Source: Candidatus Micrarchaeota archaeon (lineage in GTDB: Archaea; Micrarchaeota; Micrarchaeia; Norongarragalinales; Norongarragalinaceae). Taken from it: 64,000 bases of DNA. The notes under the pieces are model-generated. The model saw only the letters and a list, made by a program, of their open reading frames with translations. It had not been told where the DNA came from and did not search any database. This document shows, piece after piece, positions 51,879 to 61,229 of this stretch. Both the position numbers and the translations under genes were made by a program. Location: contig JACQQD010000008.1 of NCBI GenBank assembly GCA_016207165.1, forward strand, positions 96,001-160,000. The letters are read 5' to 3'. The stretch's first letter is position 1. Each line of letters starts with the position of its first letter.

Positions 51879-53695
51879 GCGGCTTCGTGGTGCAGGGCTT
51901 TTGGCAGTAAAAGCGTCAGGGCGGCGTCTTTTCCGTGATCCAGTTCCCGTGCCATGTGTTCCAACACCGTTCGCGGGTCGTCCTTATCGGTACGGAGGTT
52001 TCGCCAGTGCCGGCGCCAGCCTTTACCCAGTTTGAGTTGGACGGCGTTTTCCTGCAGTTCTTGCGCGGTCAGGTTGACGCCGGAACGCCTTGTCAATTCT
52101 GTTGCCAGAAATTCGTAGGCCTGTTCCCTGCTTTGGGGGAGCTTGGGCACCGGTAAACTTGCCGCTTTAGCTCCGGCGAGGTCCTTGTACTGGCTTTGCA
52201 GGCGCTCCCGTTCGCTCTGACCGGAAATGCCGAGGCTGTACAGCAGCTTGTTGAGGTTGTGCCATGTATCGGCTTTTGCGCCGGGACCCTTGGGCGGTTT
52301 TCTCACCCGGTTTCCAAGAGAGTCAATCCACCAGTCTTTGTCTTCGAGGATCAGGTTGCCGGTGTTGTTGACCACGGCTTTGGCGACGTGTTGCGCAAAG
52401 CCGTCCAGTCTGTCTTGGGTGAAGTGGGGGTCCACCTGGGCTTTGCGGCGAAGCAATAGTTCGGTGACTTTGATGAAGTCGTAGCCGGCGTTGGGGTGGT
52501 GTTCATGGACTTGGGCAAGCGGGACGCCCAATTCGGCGGCCACGGCTTTTTGGGCGGCGGCTTGGAACGCGTTGGTGGGCGGCGCTGGCGTTTTTGCGGG
52601 GGCCGGGCCGGGCGTCAACGTGATTTGAGGCGGCTTGCCGCCGGTGGTGTGCGTGAACAGTGGCGTCGGGGCTTCAGCCCCGGTCGCGACTGCGGCTGGC
52701 GTGGGCTTGGCAAAAGATTGTTCGATTTGGTCCGCGATGAAGCCAGGGGTTTTCAGCGCACCCAGCATGATGACGGCGCCGATGGCGGCGGCTTTGGCTC
52801 GTTCTTTCCAGAGAAACGGCGCCGGTTTTTCCGCGAAGCGTCGCATGGCTGTGTGTTTGTCTTTTCGGCGCAAAAGCTTGAGTTCCTCGATGCCGTGGAG
52901 CATCTGGCGCGGGGTGGCGGTGGCTTTGGAAAGGATGTCGTTCGTCATTTGGGCAGGAAAGTGCGAGAGCATGTATTCCCTCACCAAAAACTCGTTCACG
53001 TCGCCTTGGACGCGCCGCAGTTCTTGTTTGTACTCGTCCAAGGCGGCGCCTTTGACTTCAGGACTCCAGTTCGGCTCGGCGCGTATGGCGTGGCTCAGCT
53101 TGTTTTGTGCGGTGTCGCCTTGCTCGGCGGCTTTCAGGTGTCCTTGAGCGACGTGGAGTTGTTGTTCCAGGAGGCGTTTCATCTCGTCGGGATGAACGTC
53201 GCTGGGTAATCTCCATTCCCGGTTGCCTACGCGGATGAAGTTGCCTCCCAGAAGCACTAGCGGGTCTTTTCTTCCGCTGATTCTCCTCTGGCGCTCCATG
53301 AAGGCGCTGAGCCTTGCCAGAAATCCGCGGAACATGAAGTTCGGTCCCAAGTCTCGGAATTGGTGCTGCAAGCGATTTTCGATGTCGGCGTCAACTTTTT
53401 CTTGGAGCTCAGCTTCAAGCGCTCGCGTTTTTTCCTCGAATTCCAGGAGTTTCGGGTTGGTGCGCCGCAATGCGTTTTCATGTTCTCTTTCGACCGCCGG
53501 CGCGTACCCGTCGCCCAGCATGGTTTGAACCCGGGTTTGGATTTCTTCGTGAAGGGCGCGTTCTTCGTGGGCGCTCAGCCGTGTTTTGATGCCTAAGACG
53601 GCGGGAGTCCACGTCTGCTCTCCCGCCCATCGCATGAGTTTCCTAGCGTGGTTTCGGAATGCTTCCAGGAACGTCATTTTTTCTTCCTCGGCCAC
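51875..53695 (-). CDS. hypothetical single-pass membrane protein (606 aa)
   Basis: Helical N-terminus, central hydrophobic AAAIGAVIMLGAL, Pro/Thr linker. Confidence 0.75.
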   Translation of the reverse strand: MAEEEKMTFLEAFRNHARKLMRWAGEQTWTPAVLGIKTRLSAHEERALHEEIQTRVQTMLGDGYAPAVEREHENALRRTNPKLLEFEEKTRALEAELQEKVDADIENRLQHQFRDLGPNFMFRGFLARLSAFMERQRRISGRKDPLVLLGGNFIRVGNREWRLPSDVHPDEMKRLLEQQLHVAQGHLKAAEQGDTAQNKLSHAIRAEPNWSPEVKGAALDEYKQELRRVQGDVNEFLVREYMLSHFPAQMTNDILSKATATPRQMLHGIEELKLLRRKDKHTAMRRFAEKPAPFLWKERAKAAAIGAVIMLGALKTPGFIADQIEQSFAKPTPAAVATGAEAPTPLFTHTTGGKPPQITLTPGPAPAKTPAPPTNAFQAAAQKAVAAELGVPLAQVHEHHPNAGYDFIKVTELLLRRKAQVDPHFTQDRLDGFAQHVAKAVVNNTGNLILEDKDWWIDSLGNRVRKPPKGPGAKADTWHNLNKLLYSLGISGQSERERLQSQYKDLAGAKAASLPVPKLPQSREQAYEFLATELTRRSGVNLTAQELQENAVQLKLGKGWRRHWRNLRTDKDDPRTVLEHMARELDHGKDAALTLLLPKALHHEAA

Positions 53696-53991
53696 CGGCT
53701 AGCGATTTCATCGGATTGGGCAATCAATTGCCTGACTTCGTTTTGGAGTCTTATCACTTCCTTTTCTTGCTCTACTTGGGCCTGGACACTCGTTTTTGCC
53801 AACTCCATCATGCGGCGGATTTCAAGGCCTGTATGGTCGTTTCCCGCTTGTTTGCGGATGTCTTGGCACACGGCTTCTGCGATTTGTCGAGCCGTTTCAG
53901 GATGGATGTGGTGTCTTTCGGGCAATTTTTTCTCGAGGAATGCCTGCAGGCCCGTCAGGCTTGCTTCCAACCGTTGCCTCGTTGTTTCCAT
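53674..53991 (-). CDS. small helical hypothetical protein
   Basis: Overlaps the start of the 606-aa gene. TATAAAA ~30 nt upstream. Confidence 0.65.
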   Translation of the reverse strand: METTRQRLEASLTGLQAFLEKKLPERHHIHPETARQIAEAVCQDIRKQAGNDHTGLEIRRMMELAKTSVQAQVEQEKEVIRLQNEVRQLIAQSDEIASRWPRKKK

Positions 53992-54021
53992 GATAGCAGA
54001 TATTTAGGGAAACGACTTTTT

Positions 54022-54074
54022 TATAGCAATCCCCGACTATTTTGTCGGGTCACTTTCTTGGTTTGCTGTATTGA
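54022..54074. repeat. structured repeat copy C (internally deleted)
   Basis: Begins TATAGCAA; 16-bp exact match to copy B (54034-54049 vs reverse complement of 42362-42377); 23-bp exact match to copy A (54052-54074 vs 32191-32213). Confidence 0.85.
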
Positions 54075-54089
54075 CTTTCGTTTTTTTCC

Positions 54090-55850
54090 TTATTTTTTGG
54101 GTGTGCGCGGGCTTTTGGTTCGCGTGCGGCCGAGTTCGTCTTCGTAGGTGGACGCGCTTCCGTCTTGTTTCCAGCCGCCTTGGGATACCGGGATTTCCTT
54201 CATGCGTTGGTGGTAGCGTTGCATCACGGTTTGGACGTCGGCGTCTTTCCATAGTCCGCCGCCGTCCATGCCCCAGGGAACGGCCCAATTCCAGCTTTTC
54301 AGGATGGCGCGCAGGTTTTGGTCGACGTCGGCTTTCGTCTTGTTCTCGTCCAGCCACGTGATGGATCCGTCTTTGACGCCTTGGTCGCGGGCCAAGAGGA
54401 TTTTGGTGTGCCAGTTTCGGCCCCATAACTTCAAGTCGCCGACGTGGAGCGCCTTTTCTTTCTCGGCTTTGCGTTCCATGAGCACTTCCAAGAGGATGCG
54501 GTCGTTGACGCCGGTGTTCTTGTCCGTGACGTTGGCCTGGCCTTTTTTGGCCGCGGATTGGAAGGCGTCCACGATTTGGTTGGCGTACTGGGCAAACAGG
54601 CTTGGTTCCGGGGGTGGCGTGGGTCCGCCGCCCGTTACTTCAGGCGCCGGAGTCTTGGGCGACGGCGTTTTCGGCGAATCGGGGGCTGTGGGTGAAGGCG
54701 TGACGGCGACTGAAGTTGGCGTCGCGCTTCTCCGGATGGCTGGCGGCTCGGCTTGTTGGGCGAAGTATTGTTCGGTTGCTGGCGCCACGACTTTGGGCCC
54801 GCTTACGCCCGCCAGCATGGTGGCCATGACGCCGACGGCCGCCCAGTTTTGAGCTTTGGCGGATTGGGAGAGTCTTTTGACCCAGGATTCGGCTTGCCCT
54901 GGGGTTTGGATGCCTTGCAGGGCCTTGTCCACGCCTTGCTCTTCGATGATGTGGACGATGAACGCGTGGTTGATGTCTCTGCGCAATGCCAAGTTTTCGG
55001 CCAGGTCGTATCCGTAGCGCGAGCCGATGTGGTGTTTGAACAAAAGCTCCGCGATTTTGCGTTCGGCGTGTCCGCGGCCAAAGAGGCCTTGGACTTGGAA
55101 CATGTCGCTCAGGTGCTGGGGTCCTCCGCCTTGTTTGTAAAACACTTTTCCGAGTGCGCGCTTCGTTTTGCCCCAGCCTTGCTTGACGCCGTGCTTGAAT
55201 TTGTTCAAGCGTCCTTCGGCAGGCAGGGCTTCTTGGGGTGCGGGTTCTGGGTGTTCTGAGAACTGTTCGAGAGCGGCTTGGTATTGGGCCAGCATTTGTT
55301 GGGGTGCGGCGTCGCGGTCCCATTCCAGGTTGCCGATGGTGGGGTGGTTTCCGCCGGTCAGTTCGTGCACGTCGTCGAGGTATTGTTGAAAGCTGAAGTG
55401 TTGTCCGAGGCCGAATCGGGCTCGGAATCTCTCGGATAAGTCGTCTTCGACGAATTGCTTGAGGCGGCGCGCGGTGGCTTGTTCTTGGGATTGTTTGCGT
55501 TGGGGGTGGCGTTCTTCTTCGCGTTCATGGCGGGCTTGCAGGCGAGCCGCTTTTTTCAAGATTTCTTGGACGGCGGATTCCAATTCGGCGTCGGCGTTGG
55601 CCACTCCCCGGGCGGTGGCCTCGGTGACGGCGTCATAGAAGTCTCGAGTCGTGTGGTCCTTGACTTCTCTTTCGATGGCGGCCTGGTACCTTTCCGCCAA
55701 GCCGTCCAGGGCGTGTTCGGTTTGCAGTCGAGCAAAGTCGTGGGCGGCTTCCCGGCTGGCGGAAAACTCGCCGAAGAATCTGGGCCAGTTGATGTTTTTG
55801 AGGTTTTCCCGGAACCGGTTCACGCTTTCCCGAATTTTTCGTAGGATCAT
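54090..55850 (-). CDS. hypothetical single-pass membrane protein (586 aa), likely paralog of the 606-aa protein
   Basis: Same architecture: WAAVGVMATMLAGV followed by a Pro/Thr linker. Confidence 0.75.
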   Translation of the reverse strand: MILRKIRESVNRFRENLKNINWPRFFGEFSASREAAHDFARLQTEHALDGLAERYQAAIEREVKDHTTRDFYDAVTEATARGVANADAELESAVQEILKKAARLQARHEREEERHPQRKQSQEQATARRLKQFVEDDLSERFRARFGLGQHFSFQQYLDDVHELTGGNHPTIGNLEWDRDAAPQQMLAQYQAALEQFSEHPEPAPQEALPAEGRLNKFKHGVKQGWGKTKRALGKVFYKQGGGPQHLSDMFQVQGLFGRGHAERKIAELLFKHHIGSRYGYDLAENLALRRDINHAFIVHIIEEQGVDKALQGIQTPGQAESWVKRLSQSAKAQNWAAVGVMATMLAGVSGPKVVAPATEQYFAQQAEPPAIRRSATPTSVAVTPSPTAPDSPKTPSPKTPAPEVTGGGPTPPPEPSLFAQYANQIVDAFQSAAKKGQANVTDKNTGVNDRILLEVLMERKAEKEKALHVGDLKLWGRNWHTKILLARDQGVKDGSITWLDENKTKADVDQNLRAILKSWNWAVPWGMDGGGLWKDADVQTVMQRYHQRMKEIPVSQGGWKQDGSASTYEDELGRTRTKSPRTPKK

Positions 55851-56437
55851 GGTTTGGACTCCTGATGTCGGTCGTGCAACGCTTTTGCCGCGAGCATGAC
55901 TTCTTTTTCATCTGCGGTAAGTTCTTCCAGCTCTTGTTTCCGGCGTCGTTCCGCTTTGGCCCATTCCCGGATTATCGCTTTGAGTCCTTCAGCGGTTCCA
56001 CGCAGTTTTTGGCGTCGGGCGTATTCGGCGTCGTCCTCCGCATTTTTCACTCCTTGTTCGGCTTGGGCGAGGTGTTCCCGGATGCGGGTTTCGGCTTCTT
56101 CTCGATGTTCTTCCACTTGCTGCATGACGTGCTTCACAGCGGCCTGCGTCATTGGAGTAATGTGTTCTTCTTCCACTCCGGCTTTTCGGAGGGCGGCTTC
56201 GACTTCGGTCCACACGTGTTCGCCGTTTTCGCCGAAGATGTCTTCCAAGTGGCGGGCCGCAGCGGTTTGCAGTTGTCCGAACCGGTTGAAGTGGATGCCT
56301 TGCACGTCTGCGAAGGCGACGCGCATGCCGATGCGTCGCTGGAGCGTGAGCAGTTTTCTTCGGTTTTTCAACAGTTTTTCTCGGGTTAGCGCGTTGTCCA
56401 AGTCTTGGGGTGTTGTGCGGCGTCGTTCTTCTGGCAT
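55847..56437 (-). CDS. coiled-coil hypothetical protein
   Basis: ATGA overlap with the downstream gene. Confidence 0.7.
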   Translation of the reverse strand: MPEERRRTTPQDLDNALTREKLLKNRRKLLTLQRRIGMRVAFADVQGIHFNRFGQLQTAAARHLEDIFGENGEHVWTEVEAALRKAGVEEEHITPMTQAAVKHVMQQVEEHREEAETRIREHLAQAEQGVKNAEDDAEYARRQKLRGTAEGLKAIIREWAKAERRRKQELEELTADEKEVMLAAKALHDRHQESKP

Positions 56438-56484
56438 TGAAGTGTCTTAGGCATTTTTAGACTTAAAAAGGTGGCTTGTAGGTT

Positions 56485-56967
56485 TTAGAACAAGCGGTGG
56501 CTGTCGTCTTTGAGGAAGTCTTGGACTTCTTCCTCTTCTTGGCCTTGCGGGCTGGTCTGAGGCATGGAGAACATGTCCATGCCGCCGCCGGTGGCTGGAG
56601 GTGGAGTGGGTGGGGCGTGTTCCAGGGCCTCCAAAAGCGCGCGGTCCAAGTCGTTTTTGAGTTGCTGGTCCAAGACGTTGATGTCTTCTATAACCAGAAA
56701 TACGTATTTGCCTTCCGCGATTTCCACGTCGGCGATCTTGTCTCTTAAGAAACTCATTTCGTGTTCGTTGTCGGATTCCGTGGTCACTACGGCTACAATG
56801 GCGTCGACTTGTCGGCCGAAGAGCTTCTTGCAGGCGGCGGGAACCTTGAAGGGGTTGGGGCACGTGAATTTCTCGATTTGGACGTCGGCCTGCAAGTCGG
56901 CCAATTCGCTGAAAGCGGGGTAGGCGTCTTTGGAGTTGGTTTTGCAGTCAAGAAACCCGATGCGCAT
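56485..56967 (-). CDS. archaeal riboflavin synthase/lumazine synthase-fold protein (divergent)
   Basis: MRIG..D...T.P....VPAACKKL....D.IVA resembles archaeal RibC. Has an acidic tail. Confidence 0.6.
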   Translation of the reverse strand: MRIGFLDCKTNSKDAYPAFSELADLQADVQIEKFTCPNPFKVPAACKKLFGRQVDAIVAVVTTESDNEHEMSFLRDKIADVEIAEGKYVFLVIEDINVLDQQLKNDLDRALLEALEHAPPTPPPATGGGMDMFSMPQTSPQGQEEEEVQDFLKDDSHRLF

Positions 56968-57181
56968 GGTGTATGGAGCAAACGGCGTGCAGGCTAATTA
57001 ATGTTTTTGAGGTCTTTTGGACTCATGTAGCTTTGGGGGGTTTGCTTTCGTGAACTTAACGGCCCCTGCGTTGCGGAAGCGGCTGGAACCGCGTGGGTGG
57101 TCCGGGCCGAGCCGGACGCGGGAGGCAGGCGTTTTTATTCATGGGGCGTCCTTAGTGGCTTGTCTTTGGAGGTGGGCGTGA

Positions 57182-57517
57182 GTGCCTGGATTGTTGGCCG
57201 AGGCGTTGCATCGGCGTTTGGAAAAAATGGGTTTCAAGGATGTGGAGTTGAACAAGCGAGGGGGAGTAGTTCATGTTCCCTTGGACGTCAATACGCGTTC
57301 AACCCGGCTTTTTGAGCACGTTGGCGGCGAGGGTTCCCGCGCGGAACGCCTCAAGCAAGCGTTGCATCAGCACGTTGGGGTTATCCGGGAGGCTTTGGGC
57401 GGGGGAAGTTTTACGTTGGAGGATGTGACTTCCCAGCCGCGTCGGCTCGGCGGCCCGCGTGAGGCTCAATACGATGTGAGCCACGTCTTGGGTTACAAAA
57501 TTACTTTCCATGCTTAG
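57182..57517 (+). CDS. hypothetical protein
   Basis: GGAGGTG SD upstream. The stop overlaps the convergent nmd3 stop. Confidence 0.6.
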   Translation: MPGLLAEALHRRLEKMGFKDVELNKRGGVVHVPLDVNTRSTRLFEHVGGEGSRAERLKQALHQHVGVIREALGGGSFTLEDVTSQPRRLGGPREAQYDVSHVLGYKITFHA

Positions 57518-58170
57518 AGTCGCACGCAGGCGGTGGTGCGGTACAAGCGTTTTCCTTCGCGTTCGCCGATGAGTTTGCGGGTGTACGTGGCGTCCAGGCG
57601 TAGCTGGGTCAACGCCTCAAGGCCGGGGCGTTTTTTGCCGACTTGGATATCGACGCCTTCTTTTTGTTGGACCACCTTGGTGACGAACGTCTTTTTCTCG
57701 ATGAGGCGGACCAGTTGCGCCGAAATTTTCTGGGTTTTTTCCTTGGGTCCGCGGATTTGGATGACGGCTTCGTGGTAGCCTCCTGACCGCAGGGAACAGT
57801 CGGGGCACATTTTCTTTTCCAGGGGCATGGCCAGGGAATATTTTTCGGCGACGGCTTGGCCGTCTACATTGAATTCCATGTCGATTCTTGCCTCGACGTG
57901 CTTTTTGTCGGGCTGGTGGAATTGAATGCGGCAGTGCGTGAGGGCGTATTTGGACTGGATTTTTTCGCGGATGTGCGCGTGGAGAAAGTCGGAGGCAACC
58001 CACTCGCCTTTCAAGCGGATTCGCTCGCATTTTGGGCATTGCAGTAAGGAGATTTCCGGCAGGCTGAAGATGCGGTTGCGTTGGATGAAGCAGTTCCTGC
58101 AAAACGATGCGAGGAAGGGCGTGTCGCGGCTTGACGCGCCGCATTGGGGGCAGATTCTTTCCATGTCCAT
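57514..58170 (-). CDS. nmd3: NMD3 family ribosome biogenesis protein
   Basis: Four CxxC pairs, SGGYHEAVIQIRG, GVDI, YRTT. Confidence 0.9.
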   Translation of the reverse strand: MDMERICPQCGASSRDTPFLASFCRNCFIQRNRIFSLPEISLLQCPKCERIRLKGEWVASDFLHAHIREKIQSKYALTHCRIQFHQPDKKHVEARIDMEFNVDGQAVAEKYSLAMPLEKKMCPDCSLRSGGYHEAVIQIRGPKEKTQKISAQLVRLIEKKTFVTKVVQQKEGVDIQVGKKRPGLEALTQLRLDATYTRKLIGEREGKRLYRTTACVRL

Positions 58171-58276
58171 TGGGTCTTTGGGGCGTTGACTGGTTTTAAG
58201 CCATTGGGCTCGGGGTGGGGGGGCGGGCGTCGCTTGGCGTATTTTATATGCCGTTGCCGTAGAACTTCTCTATTGC

Positions 58277-60070
58277 ATGAAGCAGGATTTGCGGGGCAAG
58301 TTCGTGCACTTGTCCGACGTGTTGGTGGAGTTGCCGTCCGTCAAGAGGCTCTTGGCGTATTTGGTGGTTGCCGCGTTTTTCGCCGGATTTCTCATCCGCT
58401 TCAGTCACGGGCGCAGCCTGTTTGACGCGGCGCTGTTTGGGGGCCTGGAGGGGTTTTGGCTGTTGTTTTTGCCGGCGGTGCTGGCCGCCGCGCTGGCGTC
58501 GTCGCTTTACCACAACAAGTTTTTCCAGTACTTTCTGTCCACCTCCCTGGTTTCGGCCGTCGTCGTGGGCCTCTCGTACGTGTTGAGTGTCCTGGTTTTC
58601 AACCAGTTCAAGTTGGGTTTGAGTTTTCTGGCGTTGCTGGGCAACGCGTTCGGCTTGGTCATTTGGTTTGTGGCCGCGTACGTGATTTTGTCTTCGCGGC
58701 CGGTCAAGGCGCTCGTCGTTTCCGTCGTCTACCCCGTGTTCAACATTGCGTTTCTGGTATCGTGGAACTTGCTGGGCGTGGCGGAGTCGTCGCTTCCCTT
58801 GGACGTGTCTTTCGTGACGTTGTTCAAGTTTGCCGTGGCCGCCGGCATCTTGTTGTTGTCGTTGGGCGCGCTTTTTTACGTGATCAATGCGCCGTCGCGC
58901 CGCAACTTCGGCGTGTCGACCATGCAGGCCCTCACGCTTTTTTTTGCGCAGTGGATTCAGGGGGACAAAGGATTGGAGGAGTTCTTGGGCCGGTTCGGTG
59001 AGCAAGTAACGACTCTGATTGGGGCTGTGGCTTTTAAGGCAAAATCCGGGAGGCTGAAAGCCGTTTTTTTGGTGCCGCACGTGCATTTCGGTCCTTTCGG
59101 CAATTTGGGCGGCAGCGCGTTTCCGGCCGTGCTCTCGAAACGCTTGAAGCGGGTCTTTGGCGCGGAGACGTTTGTGTTCCATCCGCTGGTCACGCATGAC
59201 TTGAATCCCGTGCACTCCAACCAGGCCACCCACTTGGGGAAAGAATGCGAGGCGCTGGTCTCGTCCTTGGCGTCGTTTTCTCCGAAGGGCTTCATCGCCG
59301 AAAGCCAGGTCCGGGAGAACCAAGTGGGCGTGATGGGTTTTGGAAGGAAAGCGTTTTTTTCCATTACGCGGGCGCCGCATTCCACGGAGGACTTCGAGTT
59401 GTCCGTGGGCGTGGCGTTGCGCAACTTGGCGCTTCGGCGCTTTGACGACGCGTTGGTCGTCGACCGGCACAACAGTTTGACGGATGGGGAGATGTATGAC
59501 GTGGGCTCGGACGTGTACTACGCGTACGCCGACGCGCTTTCCGCCTTGGAACCCGAAGCCGAAGGGGTCTTGTCTCTGGGCGTTTCTTCGGATGCGTTGG
59601 AGGATTTCTCGTTGGAGCAGGGCCACGGGGCCGGTGGAATGAAAGTCGCGGTTTTGGGTTTCGGAAGGAAAAAGGCGTGCGTGGTGTGGGTGGACGCCAA
59701 CAATGCGTTGCCGTCGTTTCGGGACGCCGTGCGGGAGCGCTTGAAAGAATTTGGCTTCGTGGACTTGTTCACGTCCGACACGCATTCCGTCAACACCGTG
59801 GGCGGCATTCACAACCCGTTGGGCGCGCACCCGCGCCACCAGGAATTATTGGACCGGATTTCGGCGTGCGTGGCGCGTGCCGAAAAAGACGTGGAGCCGG
59901 TGTCCGCCGCCTTGTCGTCGCGGCGCGTGTCGTTGTCGGTGCTGGGCATCCAGCGGCAAGCCGAATTGGTCACCACCGTCAACGCCATTGTTTCCGTGGC
60001 GAAAATCGTGGCTCCGGTCATGTTCTTTTTGGCGTTGGTGTTGGTCTTCTTCGCGTTTCTGGTGCTCTGA
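58277..60070 (+). CDS. DUF2070 family membrane protein
   Basis: Multi-TM N-terminus; PHVHFGPFGNLGGS, HDLN, DRHN, DANN, TSDTH. Confidence 0.85.
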   Translation: MKQDLRGKFVHLSDVLVELPSVKRLLAYLVVAAFFAGFLIRFSHGRSLFDAALFGGLEGFWLLFLPAVLAAALASSLYHNKFFQYFLSTSLVSAVVVGLSYVLSVLVFNQFKLGLSFLALLGNAFGLVIWFVAAYVILSSRPVKALVVSVVYPVFNIAFLVSWNLLGVAESSLPLDVSFVTLFKFAVAAGILLLSLGALFYVINAPSRRNFGVSTMQALTLFFAQWIQGDKGLEEFLGRFGEQVTTLIGAVAFKAKSGRLKAVFLVPHVHFGPFGNLGGSAFPAVLSKRLKRVFGAETFVFHPLVTHDLNPVHSNQATHLGKECEALVSSLASFSPKGFIAESQVRENQVGVMGFGRKAFFSITRAPHSTEDFELSVGVALRNLALRRFDDALVVDRHNSLTDGEMYDVGSDVYYAYADALSALEPEAEGVLSLGVSSDALEDFSLEQGHGAGGMKVAVLGFGRKKACVVWVDANNALPSFRDAVRERLKEFGFVDLFTSDTHSVNTVGGIHNPLGAHPRHQELLDRISACVARAEKDVEPVSAALSSRRVSLSVLGIQRQAELVTTVNAIVSVAKIVAPVMFFLALVLVFFAFLVL

Positions 60071-60074
60071 GTTT

Positions 60075-61229
60075 ATGCGGATTGGTTTTTTTACGGATAC
60101 GTTTTTGCCGAACATCGACGGCGTGGTCACGTCCATTCAGAACGCGCGCGGGTTTTTGACGCGCCACGGGCACGACGTGTACGTGTTTTCGGCGGGAAGC
60201 AAAAGCGACGCGGCTCAGAACGCGGACGAAAACGTGTTTTTCTTCCGTTCCATCGCGTTTCCGCCGTACCCCATGTACAAGCTGGCCTTGTTTCCGTATT
60301 TGGGTGCGGTAAGCAAGGCCAGGGAAAAGAAGTTGGATGTCGTGCACTGTCACGCCATCACGTCCATGGGATTGGCGGCTCGGCGGGTGGCTGGGCAATT
60401 GGACTTGCCTTTGGTGGGCACGTTTCACACCATGATTACCGACGCGACGCAGTACGTTACGCGCAACCAGTGGATCAAGTCGCGGGCGTCGAAAGTCGTG
60501 TGGAGGGGCATCTCGCTTTTCTACAAGCCGTTTGACGCGGTGACGGCGCCCTCGCAGGTGACCGCCGACTTGTTGGAAAAGCACGGCGTTGCGCGCGTCA
60601 GGGTGGTGCCCAACGGCGTGGACGTGCACCGTTTTTCGCCGGACTTGGATTCCAGGGTGGTGCGGAGCCTTTTGGGGTTGGAAGACGACGAGGCCATGGT
60701 GTTGGTGGCCGGCCGGTTGGGTTTTGAAAAGAACGTGGACGTCGTCATCCAGGCCGCCCAGCGCGTGCTGAAAAAAAGGAAGGCGCGGTTCGTGGTGACG
60801 GGCGACGGGCCGGCTCGGCCGTCGCTTCAGGCGTTGGCGAAAAAAGCCGGGGTTCGTGACGCGTTCGAGTTCGAGGGTTTCGTGAACTCCAAGGCGTTGC
60901 CGTATTATTATGCGGCGGCGGACGTGTTGGTTTCCGCGTCGGCATTTGAGACGCAGGGCTTATCGATTTTGGAGGCCATGGCGGCCGGCTGTCCGGCGGT
61001 TGGAGCCAACGCGTTGGCGATTCCGGAGGCCATTGCCGACGGTCGAAACGGGTTCTTGTTTGAGCCGTTCAACGCAAGCGATTGCGCGGACAAGGTTTTG
61101 GCGGTGTTGGACGCCGATTCGAGGCAGTCGTCCAACTTGTCGAGGGCCGCCCGCAGGACGGCGGAAGGCTATTCCTTGGAGAAAACGGGCGGGGAATGGT
61201 TGGACGTGTATGAATCCGTGATGGGTTAG
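60075..61229 (+). CDS. GT4 glycosyltransferase (diacylglycerol glucosyltransferase-like)
   Basis: MRIGFFTDTFLPNIDGVVTS, EKN, ETQGLSILEAMAAG. Confidence 0.92.
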   Translation: MRIGFFTDTFLPNIDGVVTSIQNARGFLTRHGHDVYVFSAGSKSDAAQNADENVFFFRSIAFPPYPMYKLALFPYLGAVSKAREKKLDVVHCHAITSMGLAARRVAGQLDLPLVGTFHTMITDATQYVTRNQWIKSRASKVVWRGISLFYKPFDAVTAPSQVTADLLEKHGVARVRVVPNGVDVHRFSPDLDSRVVRSLLGLEDDEAMVLVAGRLGFEKNVDVVIQAAQRVLKKRKARFVVTGDGPARPSLQALAKKAGVRDAFEFEGFVNSKALPYYYAAADVLVSASAFETQGLSILEAMAAGCPAVGANALAIPEAIADGRNGFLFEPFNASDCADKVLAVLDADSRQSSNLSRAARRTAEGYSLEKTGGEWLDVYESVMG

